DNA of 59,369 bases from an uncultured Thermococci archaeon (GCA_964615185.1 CAZTOS010000004.1:1-59369); one strand, 5' to 3'. Shown: positions 1 through 9,686, numbered from the stretch's first letter. Notes: a model not told the origin generated them from the sequence alone. Program-made: numbers and translations.

Positions 1-1
1 G

Positions 2-78
2 TGGTGGGGCGAGGGGGATTTGAACCCCCGACACCCGGATCTTCAGTCCGGCGCTCTCCCAGGCTGAGCTACCGCCCC
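2..78 (-). tRNA. tRNA-Phe (GAA), CCA encoded
   Basis: Reverse complement GGGGCGGTAGCTCAGCCTGGGAGAGCGCCGGACTGAAGATCCGG...GGTTCAAATCCCCCTCGCCCCACCA folds as a cloverleaf with anticodon loop CTGAAGA. Confidence 0.97.
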
Positions 79-171
79 ACCGTCCAAAGAATAAAGGAAA
101 GATTCTGGCTTATAAACCTTGCGGTTTAAGAAAATGAATACTTCTGTTCATTCATGATTGACACCCGACAC

Positions 172-218
172 GAAAAGTTTATAAAGAGTAAATATTTTAG
201 TAACTATTGGTAACCAAA
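172..218 (+). promoter_or_regulatory. BRE/TATA plus Phr heat-shock repressor operator for hsp20-cdc48
   Basis: GAAAAG-TTTATAAA at 172-185, then TTTAGTAACTATTGGTAACCAAA at 196-218, which matches the Thermococcales Phr consensus TTTnnTnACnnnnnGTnAnnAAA; it lies upstream of sHSP and AAA genes, the known Phr regulon. Confidence 0.85.
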
Positions 219-237
219 AATAATGGGGGTGAGAGAT

Positions 238-741
238 ATGGTGAGGAGATCAAGAAGATGGGACATCTGGGATCCATTTGACATAATGAGAGAGATTCAG
301 GAAGAGATTGACAGCATCTTCAATGAGTTCTTCAGAGGCCCAAGACTCTGGAGCTACAGAAGATGGAGAGAGCCAGAGTACTTTGAGGAAAGAACCGAAG
401 GGGTCTGGAGGGAGCCATTCGTCGACATCTTTGACAACGGTGACGAGTTCATAATCACAGCTGAGCTTCCAGGTGTAAGAAAAGAGGACATCAAGGTTAG
501 AGTTACAGAAGATGCCGTTTACATTGAGGCCCAAGTTAGAAGAGAGAAGGAGCTTGAGAGAGAGGGTGCAATAAGGATTGAAAGATACTACAGCGGTTAC
601 AGAAGAGTCATCCGACTCCCAGATGAAGTCATTCCAGAGAAGGCAAAAGCAAAGTACAACAATGGTGTCCTTGAGATTAGGATTCCAAAGAAGCACCCAA
701 CAAAGAAAGAGGGAGAAGGGTTTGAGGTTAAGATTGAGTGA
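238..741 (+). CDS. hsp20: Small heat shock protein (Hsp20/alpha-crystallin)
   Basis: PFVDI, AELPGV and AKYNNGVLEIRIPK motifs; ATG at 238 follows RBS GGGGGTGA. Confidence 0.96.
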   Translation: MVRRSRRWDIWDPFDIMREIQEEIDSIFNEFFRGPRLWSYRRWREPEYFEERTEGVWREPFVDIFDNGDEFIITAELPGVRKEDIKVRVTEDAVYIEAQVRREKELEREGAIRIERYYSGYRRVIRLPDEVIPEKAKAKYNNGVLEIRIPKKHPTKKEGEGFEVKIE

Positions 742-827
742 AGACCTTTCGTTATTTCACTTTTTGTTTTGTTATTTTGTTATTTCACGATCATCTACTC
801 ATCAAAAAAGAATTTGAGGTGATGTAA

Positions 828-3257
828 ATGGCTGAGAAGAGAGAAATCAAGCTTAAGGTTGCCCAAGCACATCAAGAGGATGTGGGCACAGGTAGAGTTA
901 GGATTAGTAGAGATGTCATGAGAAGGTTAGGATTATCTCCAGGTGATGTTATAGAAATAGTAGGGAGTAGAAGTACAGTTGCTAAAGTCTGGCCATTACC
1001 ACCAGAAGACGAGGGATTAGAAATTATCAGAATGGATGGTATTATCAGGAAAAATGCAGGTGTAAGTACTGGGGAATATGTTAAAATCAGGAAAGCAGAC
1101 GTAAAACCTGCAAAAATCGTTAAACTTGCTCCAACTGCTGAAATTCCAGAAGATGTAGCAAAGGAATTAGAGGAAGCTCTTATTGCTTCCAGAGAACTAT
1201 TACACAGGCCTGTAATTCAAGGTGACATGGTTAGATTATACGTCCCAGTAACAATTCCAACATTCTTTGGGTACGAAAGAAGATGGGGTGAGATTACATT
1301 CACCGTAGCAGAAACAATTCCAAGAGGTCCAGTGATTATTACAGAGGACACAAAAATTCAAGTCCTTACTAAGCCTACTAAGGGAGTTTTGGTTCCAGAT
1401 GTTACCTACGAAGACATTGGTGGTCTCAAGGATGTAATCCAGAAGATCAGAGAGATGATTGAGCTCCCGCTTAAACACCCAGAAATCTTCGAAAAGCTTG
1501 GCATTGAGCCGCCTAAGGGTGTATTGCTCTACGGCCCACCAGGAACAGGTAAAACTTTGCTTGCAAAGGCTGTAGCTAACGAGGCAAACGCTCACTTCAT
1601 AGCCATCAACGGTCCAGAAATCATGAGCAAGTACTACGGTGAGAGTGAAGAGCGTTTGAGAGAAGTCTTCAAGGAGGCTGAAGAAAACGCTCCAAGTATA
1701 ATCTTCATTGATGAGATTGACGCAATAGCTCCAAAGAGAAGTGAAGTAACTGGAGAGGTTGAGAAAAGAGTTGTCAGTCAGCTTTTGACCTTGATGGATG
1801 GCCTCAAGAGCAGAGGAAAGGTCATTGTCATAGGTGCAACTAACAGGCCGGATGCCCTTGACCCAGCTCTGAGAAGACCCGGAAGATTTGACAGAGAGAT
1901 TGAAGTTGGCGTACCAGACAGACAGGGAAGAAAAGAAATTCTCCAAATTCACACAAGAGGAATGCCGATTGAGCCAGAGTTCAGAAAGAGCGACGTTAAG
2001 AGAATCTTAGAAGAGCTTAGAGGAGATGAGAGGTTCAGGGGTACCATTGATAGGGCAATTAAGAAAGTCGAAAGAGCCAAAGATGAGAAGGAAATTCAGG
2101 ATGTACTCAGGAGCCTTGATGAGAGGCTTTACGATGAAGTCAAGCACCGCTTAATTGATGCACTGCTGAAAGAGCTTGCGGATAAGACGCACGGGTTTGT
2201 TGGAGCGGATTTGGCTGCTTTAGCGAGAGAAGCTGCAATGGCTGCACTGAGGAGATTAATCAAAGAAGGTAAAATTGACTTTGAGGCAGAGCATATTCCA
2301 AAAGAAGTCCTTGAAGAGCTTAAAGTTACTAAGAGAGACTTCTACGAGGCATTGAAGATGATTGAACCATCAGCACTCAGAGAAGTACTCCTTGAGATCC
2401 CAAATGTAAGATGGGGCGACATAGGTGGGCTTGAGAACGTCAAGCAGGCACTCAGAGAAGCAGTTGAGTGGCCTCTCAAGTATCCAGAGGCATTCCAGGC
2501 ATTAGGAATCAACCCGCCAAAGGGAATTCTCCTTTACGGCCCACCGGGAACTGGTAAGACGTTGTTAGCTAAGGCAGTGGCAACAGAAAGCGAGGCTAAC
2601 TTCATTGGCATCAGGGGTCCGGAAGTTTTAAGCAAGTGGGTAGGAGAAAGCGAAAAGAACATTAGAGAAATCTTTAGGAAGGCAAGACAGGCTGCGCCAA
2701 CTGTGGTGTTCATTGATGAGATTGATGCTATAGCACCAAGAAGAGGAACTGACGTGAACAGAGTGACAGACAGGCTAATTAACCAGCTTCTCACAGAGAT
2801 GGATGGGTTGGAGGAGAATAGTGGGGTTGTTGTTATTGCGGCGACTAACAGGCCTGACATTTTAGATCCTGCATTACTTAGGCCTGGGAGATTTGACCGC
2901 TTGATTTTGGTTCCAGCACCAGACGAGAAAGCAAGATACGAAATATTTAAGGTACACACGAGGAAGATGCCCTTAGCTGAGGATGTTGACCTCAAAGAAT
3001 TGGCCAAGAGAACCGAAGGATATACAGGTGCAGACATAGCAGCGGTCTGTAGAGAGGCAGCAATGAGTGCAATGAGAAGAGCACTCAAGGAAGGAATAAT
3101 CAAACCTGGCGTCAGGATGGATGAGGTCAGACAGAGAGTTAAGATAACGATGAAGGACTTCGAAGAAGCACTGAAGAAAGTGGGTTCAAGTGTTAGCAAG
3201 GAAACGATGGAGTACTACAAGAAGATAGAGGAGCAATTCAAGAAGATGAGAGGATGA
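828..3257 (+). CDS. cdc48: CDC48/VCP-family AAA+ ATPase
   Basis: N domain plus two AAA modules (GPPGTGKT twice, IFIDEID/VFIDEID, RPGRFDR twice). Confidence 0.97.
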   Translation: MAEKREIKLKVAQAHQEDVGTGRVRISRDVMRRLGLSPGDVIEIVGSRSTVAKVWPLPPEDEGLEIIRMDGIIRKNAGVSTGEYVKIRKADVKPAKIVKLAPTAEIPEDVAKELEEALIASRELLHRPVIQGDMVRLYVPVTIPTFFGYERRWGEITFTVAETIPRGPVIITEDTKIQVLTKPTKGVLVPDVTYEDIGGLKDVIQKIREMIELPLKHPEIFEKLGIEPPKGVLLYGPPGTGKTLLAKAVANEANAHFIAINGPEIMSKYYGESEERLREVFKEAEENAPSIIFIDEIDAIAPKRSEVTGEVEKRVVSQLLTLMDGLKSRGKVIVIGATNRPDALDPALRRPGRFDREIEVGVPDRQGRKEILQIHTRGMPIEPEFRKSDVKRILEELRGDERFRGTIDRAIKKVERAKDEKEIQDVLRSLDERLYDEVKHRLIDALLKELADKTHGFVGADLAALAREAAMAALRRLIKEGKIDFEAEHIPKEVLEELKVTKRDFYEALKMIEPSALREVLLEIPNVRWGDIGGLENVKQALREAVEWPLKYPEAFQALGINPPKGILLYGPPGTGKTLLAKAVATESEANFIGIRGPEVLSKWVGESEKNIREIFRKARQAAPTVVFIDEIDAIAPRRGTDVNRVTDRLINQLLTEMDGLEENSGVVVIAATNRPDILDPALLRPGRFDRLILVPAPDEKARYEIFKVHTRKMPLAEDVDLKELAKRTEGYTGADIAAVCREAAMSAMRRALKEGIIKPGVRMDEVRQRVKITMKDFEEALKKVGSSVSKETMEYYKKIEEQFKKMRG

Positions 3258-3329
3258 TTTCATTAGATTCCCAATCCAACTTTCTTTTCTTTTATCAAAA
3301 AAGTGGGGAGAAGAAGGCAAAAGCGAGCG

Positions 3330-3475
3330 TTATATGATCTCAACTTCGACTTAACCGCTCCCATCATTCTTATCTTTCTTCTCGCAATTTCAACAGCTTT
3401 CTCAAAACTGTTTACAACCACAATTTCCTCCTCTGGAAGTGAATTTGGTTTGTAATATACTATCCTTGCTATCAT
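3330..3475 (-). CDS. Small hypothetical protein (~48 aa), probably with a 1-nt deletion near 3349
   Basis: Has an RBS and a TATA (3541-3548). Adding one T gives a natural end ...GAVKFEVEII-stop at 3330 instead of running through the terminator region. Confidence 0.6.
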
Positions 3476-3781
3476 TATCCTACCCCCATATCACCTTTAG
3501 TGTTATGACATTACAGTCCTACTTTGATGAACATGTTAAATATTTAAACGTTTTTGTATTAAAACGGTCATTAATGAACAGAAAAATTAACTGCTATTGA
3601 CAAAAAATGAACATCCATGAAGTTAATCATCAAACATGAACATTTATTCATAATTTTAGCGGCTTTCTGTTGGGAAAACAAGAAGACAGTGATGTACAGA
3701 GGAATTAGACTTTGGCGTTGTGGACAGCAAAGGGAATTATGGAGCATTTATTTTGGAAGATTAAGGAGGTGAAAGTTAAGA

Positions 3782-4510
3782 TCATTCAATCTTAATCTCG
3801 ATCTTTCCGTCTCTGTATCCCTTCATTGACGAGAGCAAGCCCCGTATCGTTTTCTCTACCATCTCTTGCACCCAGTCCTTCATTGGAAGAAGTTTTCCAT
3901 CAATCTTAACGACGACTTTTGGCTTCGAGCTTATGACCTTACAGTCGTTAATGGTTTTTTCACCTTTAACGATGAGCTTTGCCATTTCATAGCATGTGAA
4001 TCCGCACATGTGGCAGTCAATGTTTGGGAGCATGAAAGCTTTTTTCTCAATCAAGTTAGCGAGCTTCTCTGGCTCCTCAAGGGCATTTATTATTGGCAAG
4101 CCATCAATCTCTCCACTCTTTTTGTTGGCTATAACCCCACTCACGGCTATAGCAAGCCCGTCGTTCAGCTCTTTGACATCACTTTCATTTCTGGCACAGA
4201 TGACCTTGGGTACGTGCTTTATGCTCTTAAATCCTTCGAGTAAAAGGAAATCTACTTCTGGCATAAATGAGAAGAATGCATTTATACCCTCCGCTTTGAA
4301 GAGAAGAGCATCAGTGTCTTGGGCTTTCACAAGAACATAATCAGCTATCTGCTCGAATCTCCATGTATCGCTTCCTTCTTTATCAAAATTTGTGTGCATG
4401 CTCTTTGCTATGCCTATTTTATATCCCCTCTCTTTTAGTATCTTGGCAACGTTCTCCAATGCTGAGGTTTTTCCGCTCTTCTTATACCCCACAAATGCAA
4501 CAGCTTTCAT
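3782..4510 (-). CDS. mobB: Molybdopterin-guanine dinucleotide biosynthesis protein MobB with C-terminal Fe-S motif
   Basis: VGYKKSGKT P-loop, DKEGSDT, LLEGFK, DCHMCGFTC...C. Confidence 0.9.
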   Translation of the reverse strand: MKAVAFVGYKKSGKTSALENVAKILKERGYKIGIAKSMHTNFDKEGSDTWRFEQIADYVLVKAQDTDALLFKAEGINAFFSFMPEVDFLLLEGFKSIKHVPKVICARNESDVKELNDGLAIAVSGVIANKKSGEIDGLPIINALEEPEKLANLIEKKAFMLPNIDCHMCGFTCYEMAKLIVKGEKTINDCKVISSKPKVVVKIDGKLLPMKDWVQEMVEKTIRGLLSSMKGYRDGKIEIKIE

Positions 4511-4512
4511 AT

Positions 4513-4728
4513 TTACCACTCCATGAGCATTATCCAGCTTACATCGTCAATTTTGACTAACAGCTCTTTTCCCTTGTTTCCAACCACATCTGTCACGTTT
4601 TCCAGCAGAATTGACTCTTCATCAAAATCCCTGAGGATTCCGATAAATGAGTGCTCGCTGTTAACTGCTAAGGCAACTTTCTTATTTTTCCACTTCTTAA
4701 GGGTCTCATCAAGCAAAGGCTCGCTCAT
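4513..4728 (-). CDS. Sm/Lsm-like small protein
   Basis: 71 aa with an Sm1-like GILRDFDEESILLENV motif; GGTGG RBS before ATG 4728. Confidence 0.7.
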   Translation of the reverse strand: MSEPLLDETLKKWKNKKVALAVNSEHSFIGILRDFDEESILLENVTDVVGNKGKELLVKIDDVSWIMLMEW

Positions 4729-4789
4729 ATTACCACCTATCATGCAAAAGTCTATAAGTCTTTTTATCCTTTCCGTTTTTGGTGAGTAT

Positions 4790-5614
4790 ATGAGATTCAC
4801 AACCAAAAATGAAGCTGTAAAAAATGCCTTTATTAGCGAGCTGAGAGCTGACGGAATAAAATTTGAAGTTAAAGAAAGGCTGGGTTATGAGACATTCATT
4901 GGATACATGATTGAGGGAACCCTTGAAGAAATTAAAGCGCAGATTGATGCTCTAAGCGGTGAAGAAAGGGAAGTTATCCTGAAAGGATTTCAGTCGTTTA
5001 AGGAGCAGCTTAATCATGCTCTTGAACATTTGAAAGAAGGCGACACCCTCGAGAATTTATTGAGTGAGGGCTACTGGATGGCTGATATAATAGATCAGCT
5101 CATGAGGAACTCTGCTCTGGATATTGAGGAGAACAAGGTAAAGCTGAAGGAGGGTATTGATGTCACAAAGCTCAAGTTCCAGTTCCGCTTCCCTTATGAA
5201 TTGGCAAAGCAACTTGATGTTGTGGAAAAAATTGCAAAGCAGTTTGCTTTTATCGATTTAGTTCCTGAGTGGGAGATTGAAATAAGGGAATTTAGGATTG
5301 AGAGAATAAATCGAGCCTTGCACATCGCAGCAAAGTATTTCCCAGAGAAAGATGTCATGAATGTGTACTTTGCTTTGATTGGAAAGTCCATTGTCGCCAA
5401 TGAAATCCTAAAGGCTCTTGGAGATGAAAAGATACCTTTAAATGCTCTTATTGAGGTCTTTTTGAAAGCTTTTCCTCTTGAAATTCCAACGGAAAAAGGA
5501 GTAATGGTAATCAATGCAACCGAGAAGTCTATTTACAGCATTCTAAGGGAGCTTGAGAAGGGTGGATATATTGATATAAAAGGAAACAAAGTCAAAAAGC
5601 TCAGAGAGTTGTGA
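4790..5614 (+). CDS. Conserved hypothetical protein with wHTH-like C-terminus; paralog of 29227-30048
   Basis: GGTGA RBS before ATG 4790; ends ELEKGGYIDIKGNKV. Confidence 0.75.
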   Translation: MRFTTKNEAVKNAFISELRADGIKFEVKERLGYETFIGYMIEGTLEEIKAQIDALSGEEREVILKGFQSFKEQLNHALEHLKEGDTLENLLSEGYWMADIIDQLMRNSALDIEENKVKLKEGIDVTKLKFQFRFPYELAKQLDVVEKIAKQFAFIDLVPEWEIEIREFRIERINRALHIAAKYFPEKDVMNVYFALIGKSIVANEILKALGDEKIPLNALIEVFLKAFPLEIPTEKGVMVINATEKSIYSILRELEKGGYIDIKGNKVKKLREL

Positions 5615-5627
5615 TTTTTCTTTTTTC

Positions 5628-6009
5628 AAGTCTCGCCCTTTAGGGCGGGGTACGAACCACTACCCAATTAGCCTTTAAGCACCGGAACTCTTTTAAACTC
5701 TTGAACGTAGTAAGGCCTCGAAGAGGCCACCGAGGACAAACCCTTTCAAAGAGTTTCATCATGGCCTATCCGTTTGGATAGGCGACGCCGATAGGCGTCC
5801 ACTTTCCACGCCACCCGGCGTGGCCATAAAGACTCCAAAAAGTGGCCTCTAAGCGATAACCCTGAGCCTTCCCGCTCTTGCGGGAGGTAGGGGTAACGGG
5901 GGCAAGACCGTCCCCGAGGGGCTGAAGTTAGGCTATGAAGCCCCTCAAACCTCCCTGTCAATGGCGAGGGGTTAACTCGTTGGAACCCTCGCAAAAGGGA
6001 GGAGGTCAG
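5628..6009 (+). mobile_element. Non-autonomous IS200/IS605-like element with internal promoter and omega-RNA-like 3' end (copy 1)
   Basis: GC-rich with no credible ORF; left-end hairpin CTCGCCC-TTTA-GGGCGGG; right end GGAGGAGGTCAG; colinear with 35557-35937 and 59255-59369. Confidence 0.8.
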
Positions 6010-6012
6010 CAT

Positions 6013-6042
6013 CTGATATATGATGAGTACGGGAGTGTCTGA
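6013..6042 (+). ncRNA. Candidate box C/D sRNA, 3' half (D'-C'-guide-D)
   Basis: CTGA(6013)-TAT-ATGATGA(6020)-12 nt GTACGGGAGTGT-CTGA(6039), canonical archaeal spacing; no 5' C box visible. Confidence 0.5.
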
Positions 6043-6043
6043 G

Positions 6044-6790
6044 CTACCTTTCAATGTAGCATTCAGACATTGCATAATAAAGTGGATGACATACTATACG
6101 CCTCATCTTCGCTTTTCCATTCTTTTTCAACCACTCTAATAACCTTTGGGCAAATTCAAACTTTTTTCTCTTTGATTCCCAGATGGGCGCGTGTTCCCTC
6201 AGATATGGCTTGCTCCACTTTCCGACTATGTCCCCAAAATCAAATCCAACCAAAACTATTTCTTTTGCTCCAAGTTCTTCTGCTAAGAAAGCAGCTCTGT
6301 CCCCATCTGTAAAGCCGCCGAAGTTGTAAACTATGTCTAAAGGTTCTGTTTGGCATGTGCCAAGAACCTTTCCAAGCTGTGGGACGTATTTTCTTATCTT
6401 CTCAATGTTATCTCCATGAGCATGAACCACAATGTAAGCTCCAAGCATGTCAGCTTTCTTTATATCTTCAAAATTTCCATCAAGGTCTGTAACAATGATA
6501 TTTGGAATTACTTCAAATTGCAAGAGAGCAGAAGTTGCACCGTCGGCTGCAATCGTTACTCCATCATGAAAAGAGAGATATTTAAGAGCAAGCTCCAAAC
6601 TTGGTCCAGCTCCAAAAATATATACTTTCCTTCCTTCAAGCATCTCTTTCAAAAAATCAACTTTTATGTAGTTTTTATTTTTGAGAAGTAGATTTTGGAG
6701 AATTTTAGCTGATTCCCTGTCCTTGCTTGTGTCATATCCCATCTCTTCAATAATCTCCATGTAAAAAGGTTTCCAGTTTTGGAACTTCAT
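6044..6790 (-). CDS. mptE: 6-hydroxymethyl-7,8-dihydropterin pyrophosphokinase (DUF115)
   Basis: GAGPSL, IAADGA, VTDLDG, HAHGDN and FGGFTDGDRA motifs. Confidence 0.88.
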   Translation of the reverse strand: MKFQNWKPFYMEIIEEMGYDTSKDRESAKILQNLLLKNKNYIKVDFLKEMLEGRKVYIFGAGPSLELALKYLSFHDGVTIAADGATSALLQFEVIPNIIVTDLDGNFEDIKKADMLGAYIVVHAHGDNIEKIRKYVPQLGKVLGTCQTEPLDIVYNFGGFTDGDRAAFLAEELGAKEIVLVGFDFGDIVGKWSKPYLREHAPIWESKRKKFEFAQRLLEWLKKNGKAKMRRIVCHPLYYAMSECYIER

Positions 6791-7040
6791 GATTCTCCCT
6801 GATAATTTAATAGTTTGAATTTATAAGCATTAACCTATGAGTGTTTTTTCATTCATATGTATTTGTCCATTGGTTTTCATTTCAAACTGAAAATTATTCA
6901 ACAATTGAAATAATATTTCAGATATTTTATAGCATTTACTTGAATGTAAACCTGAATATCCAACTTAATTTCTTTAACATTGACATTCCACAAAACATTT
7001 AAATCCACTGATATATCTAATTAATCATTGGTGGACTTCA

Positions 7041-8624
7041 ATGAAGAAGATAGCCCTATCTTTGGTGTTGGTGTCTATTTTTGTTTTTTCCATAGTAGCC
7101 AGTGGATGTATAGGTGGAAAAGAAACGACATCCACCCAAGCATCAACATCCGGTGCTCAATATGCTGAACAAATTGTTATAGGAGTTACAGACAAAGTTA
7201 CAGACATAGATCCATCAAATGCCTATGACTTCTACACATGGGAAGTGCTCAATAATATAATGGAAGGTTTAGTTAAGTACAAGCCGGGGACTCTGGAGAT
7301 CGAACCTGCACTTGCCGAAAAATGGGAAGTTAGTGAAGACTCAAAGGTTTGGACATTTTATCTTAGAAAGGATCTCAAGTTTGCAGATGGAACTCCTCTA
7401 ACGGCTAAAGATGTTGTTAGGAGCATCGAAAGGGTTATGAAGATAAATGGAGATCCTGCGTGGCTTGTCACCGATTTTGTAGAGAAAGTTGAAGCTAAGG
7501 ATGATTATACCGTCGTGTTCTATCTAAAGCAGCCTACATCTTATTTCTTGGCCTTACTAACGACACCCCCCTATTTCCCAGTCCATCCAAACTATAAGCC
7601 CGATGCAATTGATTCTGATCAAACTGCTGGTGGAGCTGGGCCATATAAGATTGTCAAGTGGGTTAGAGATGAGGAACTGGTTCTTGAAGCAAATCCGTAC
7701 TATTATGGAGAACCTCCAAAGACAAAGAGAATCGTAATAAAGTTCTATAGGGATGCATCAACAATGAGATTAGCGCTACAGAATGGTGAAATTGACATAG
7801 CTTGGAGAACTCTCAAACCAACAGACATTGAGAGCTTGAAGAAAGAAGAAAAGTTCAACGTCATTGAAGTTCCTGGAGGATTCATAAGATACGTCTGCTT
7901 GAACACAAAAGTTAATCCAACTAAAGAGGTCAAAGTAAGACAGGCCTTAGCTGCTGCCATTGACAGGCAAGACATAGCAAATAAAGTCTTCAGAGGAACT
8001 GTTGAGCCTCTTTACAGCATGATTCCAAACGGAATGTGGTCCCACATTGATGTGTTCAAAGAGAAATATGGTGATACAAACATTGACCTTGCAAAGAAGC
8101 TTCTCAAAGAAGCTGGCTATGATGAAAGCAATCCACTCCAAATTGAGCTCTGGTATACACCAACTCATTACGGTGATACAGAGGCAGATTTGGCTCAGGT
8201 TCTCAAGGAGCAGTGGGAGAAAACCGGAGCAATTAAGGTTACAATCAAGAGCGCTGAGTGGGGAACTTATGTGGATTACATCAGAAAAGGACAGTTACAG
8301 GTATATCTGCTTGGCTGGTATCCAGATTATCTTGACCCAGATGACTACACAACACCGTTCCTTAAGAGCACTGCCAACAGCTGGTCAGGAACTGGTTATG
8401 CAAACCCAACTGTGGATGAGCTCTTGACCAAAGCCCAGACCTTGACAGATCAAAATGAGAGAGCAAAGCTCTATGAACAGGTTCAAAAGATTCTTGCAGA
8501 AGATGTACCTTACATACCCCTTATCCAAGGAAAGCTCTTCGTGGTAACGAGTCCAAAAGTCAAGGGTGTTGAAATAGGTCCAGACATGATATTCAAGTAC
8601 TCCACACTTTATAAGGAATCTTGA
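7041..8624 (+). CDS. dppA: Oligopeptide/dipeptide ABC transporter substrate-binding lipoprotein (family 5)
   Basis: Lipobox ASGC; EGLV...PALAEKW, KFADGTPLTAKDV, GAGPY. Confidence 0.93.
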   Translation: MKKIALSLVLVSIFVFSIVASGCIGGKETTSTQASTSGAQYAEQIVIGVTDKVTDIDPSNAYDFYTWEVLNNIMEGLVKYKPGTLEIEPALAEKWEVSEDSKVWTFYLRKDLKFADGTPLTAKDVVRSIERVMKINGDPAWLVTDFVEKVEAKDDYTVVFYLKQPTSYFLALLTTPPYFPVHPNYKPDAIDSDQTAGGAGPYKIVKWVRDEELVLEANPYYYGEPPKTKRIVIKFYRDASTMRLALQNGEIDIAWRTLKPTDIESLKKEEKFNVIEVPGGFIRYVCLNTKVNPTKEVKVRQALAAAIDRQDIANKVFRGTVEPLYSMIPNGMWSHIDVFKEKYGDTNIDLAKKLLKEAGYDESNPLQIELWYTPTHYGDTEADLAQVLKEQWEKTGAIKVTIKSAEWGTYVDYIRKGQLQVYLLGWYPDYLDPDDYTTPFLKSTANSWSGTGYANPTVDELLTKAQTLTDQNERAKLYEQVQKILAEDVPYIPLIQGKLFVVTSPKVKGVEIGPDMIFKYSTLYKES

Positions 8625-8665
8625 ACCTTTTCTTTTTAATTTTCTCCTTTTATGAGGTGGTTCAA

Positions 8666-9685
8666 ATGGCAAGAGGAGTGGGTCAATACATTATAATAAG
8701 AGCTCTTATGATAATTCCGACGATTCTGATTCTCTATACGATTGTTTTTATCTTCTTGAGAATTCTTCCTGGTGATCCAATTTTAGCTGTTGTTGGAACT
8801 AAAAGTATTTCACCTGAGCAGCTTGAGCATTTGAGGGCTATGGCTGGTTTAGATAAACCTCTCTATGTTCAATATTTTGATTATCTCTGGAAAATGCTTC
8901 ATGGAGATTTCGGAGTAACTTTGGCATTTCCAATGGGTAAACCTGTCGTTGAGTATCTAAAGCTGAGATTTCCTGCTACTTTAGAGTTGACAATATTTTC
9001 ATTTACAGTGAGTGTTCTTTTGGGTTTAATAACTGGAGTTGTAGCCGCAATGAAAAAAGGAAGCAAGGTCGATACATCAATGAGAATCTACAGCATAGTT
9101 GCATACACCCTCTTTATTCCATGGTTTGGAATGATGCTCCAGTATATCTTTGGTGTACATTTCCACATTTTACCAACATCTGGAAGGATAGATCCGGGAA
9201 TAGAACTGCACAGAATAACTGGGCTTTACGTTTTAGACAGCATAATAACAGGAAATTGGGAAGCATTCATTAGTGCAATTAGACATCTAATTCTTCCAAG
9301 CTTAACTTTGGGAATTGTCCTGAGCGGTGCTTACACAAGACTTGTCAGGAATAACATGGTTGACGTTTTGAGTCAGGATTTCATTCGGTCATACCATGCG
9401 AGAGGTGTTAGAGATTGGAAAGTTACTCTTTATGCACTAAAAAACGCCTTTATACCGATAATAACTTTGATGGGTCTCCAATTTGCAATTCTATTGGGTG
9501 GTGCAGTTTTAACAGAAACAACTTTCAGCTGGCCTGGAATGGGAACTTTCATAGTTGATAGAATAGACTATAGGGATTACAATGCTATTCAAGGTGCAGT
9601 AGTGTTTTTCGCATTCTTCGTAGGCTTAATCAGCTTGATAGTTGACATAATCTATGCTCTGCTGGATCCGAGGGTGAAATATTGA
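8666..9685 (+). CDS. dppB: Peptide ABC transporter permease
   Basis: LPGDP, GLDKPLYVQY, PATLEL, TETTFSWPGMG; GAGGTGG RBS before ATG 8666. Confidence 0.93.
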   Translation: MARGVGQYIIIRALMIIPTILILYTIVFIFLRILPGDPILAVVGTKSISPEQLEHLRAMAGLDKPLYVQYFDYLWKMLHGDFGVTLAFPMGKPVVEYLKLRFPATLELTIFSFTVSVLLGLITGVVAAMKKGSKVDTSMRIYSIVAYTLFIPWFGMMLQYIFGVHFHILPTSGRIDPGIELHRITGLYVLDSIITGNWEAFISAIRHLILPSLTLGIVLSGAYTRLVRNNMVDVLSQDFIRSYHARGVRDWKVTLYALKNAFIPIITLMGLQFAILLGGAVLTETTFSWPGMGTFIVDRIDYRDYNAIQGAVVFFAFFVGLISLIVDIIYALLDPRVKY

Positions 9686-9686
9686 G

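Noticed and set aside
1970..2170. Extra ~70-aa segment in the Cdc48 D1 domain as a possible intein
   Set aside because: No Cys/Ser start or His-Asn end; reads as a charged helical insertion
250..3199. Long antisense ORFs (250-696, 1236-1952, 2534-3199) and similar ones elsewhere
   Set aside because: Shadow frames of well-supported genes on the opposite strand
5620..5630. A defined target motif (TAM) at the element left end
   Set aside because: The two available flanks (TTTTC and CTTGA before AAGTCTC) disagree, so the boundary cannot be fixed from two copies
5720..5850. Hammerhead ribozyme or tRNA identity for the 5' RNA domain
   Set aside because: No CUGANGA/GAAA core conserved in both copies, and no T-loop or CCA features
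5746..6075. 109-aa minus-strand ORF
   Set aside because: Antisense to the structured repeat element, not conserved as a frame in copy 2, and no recognisable motif
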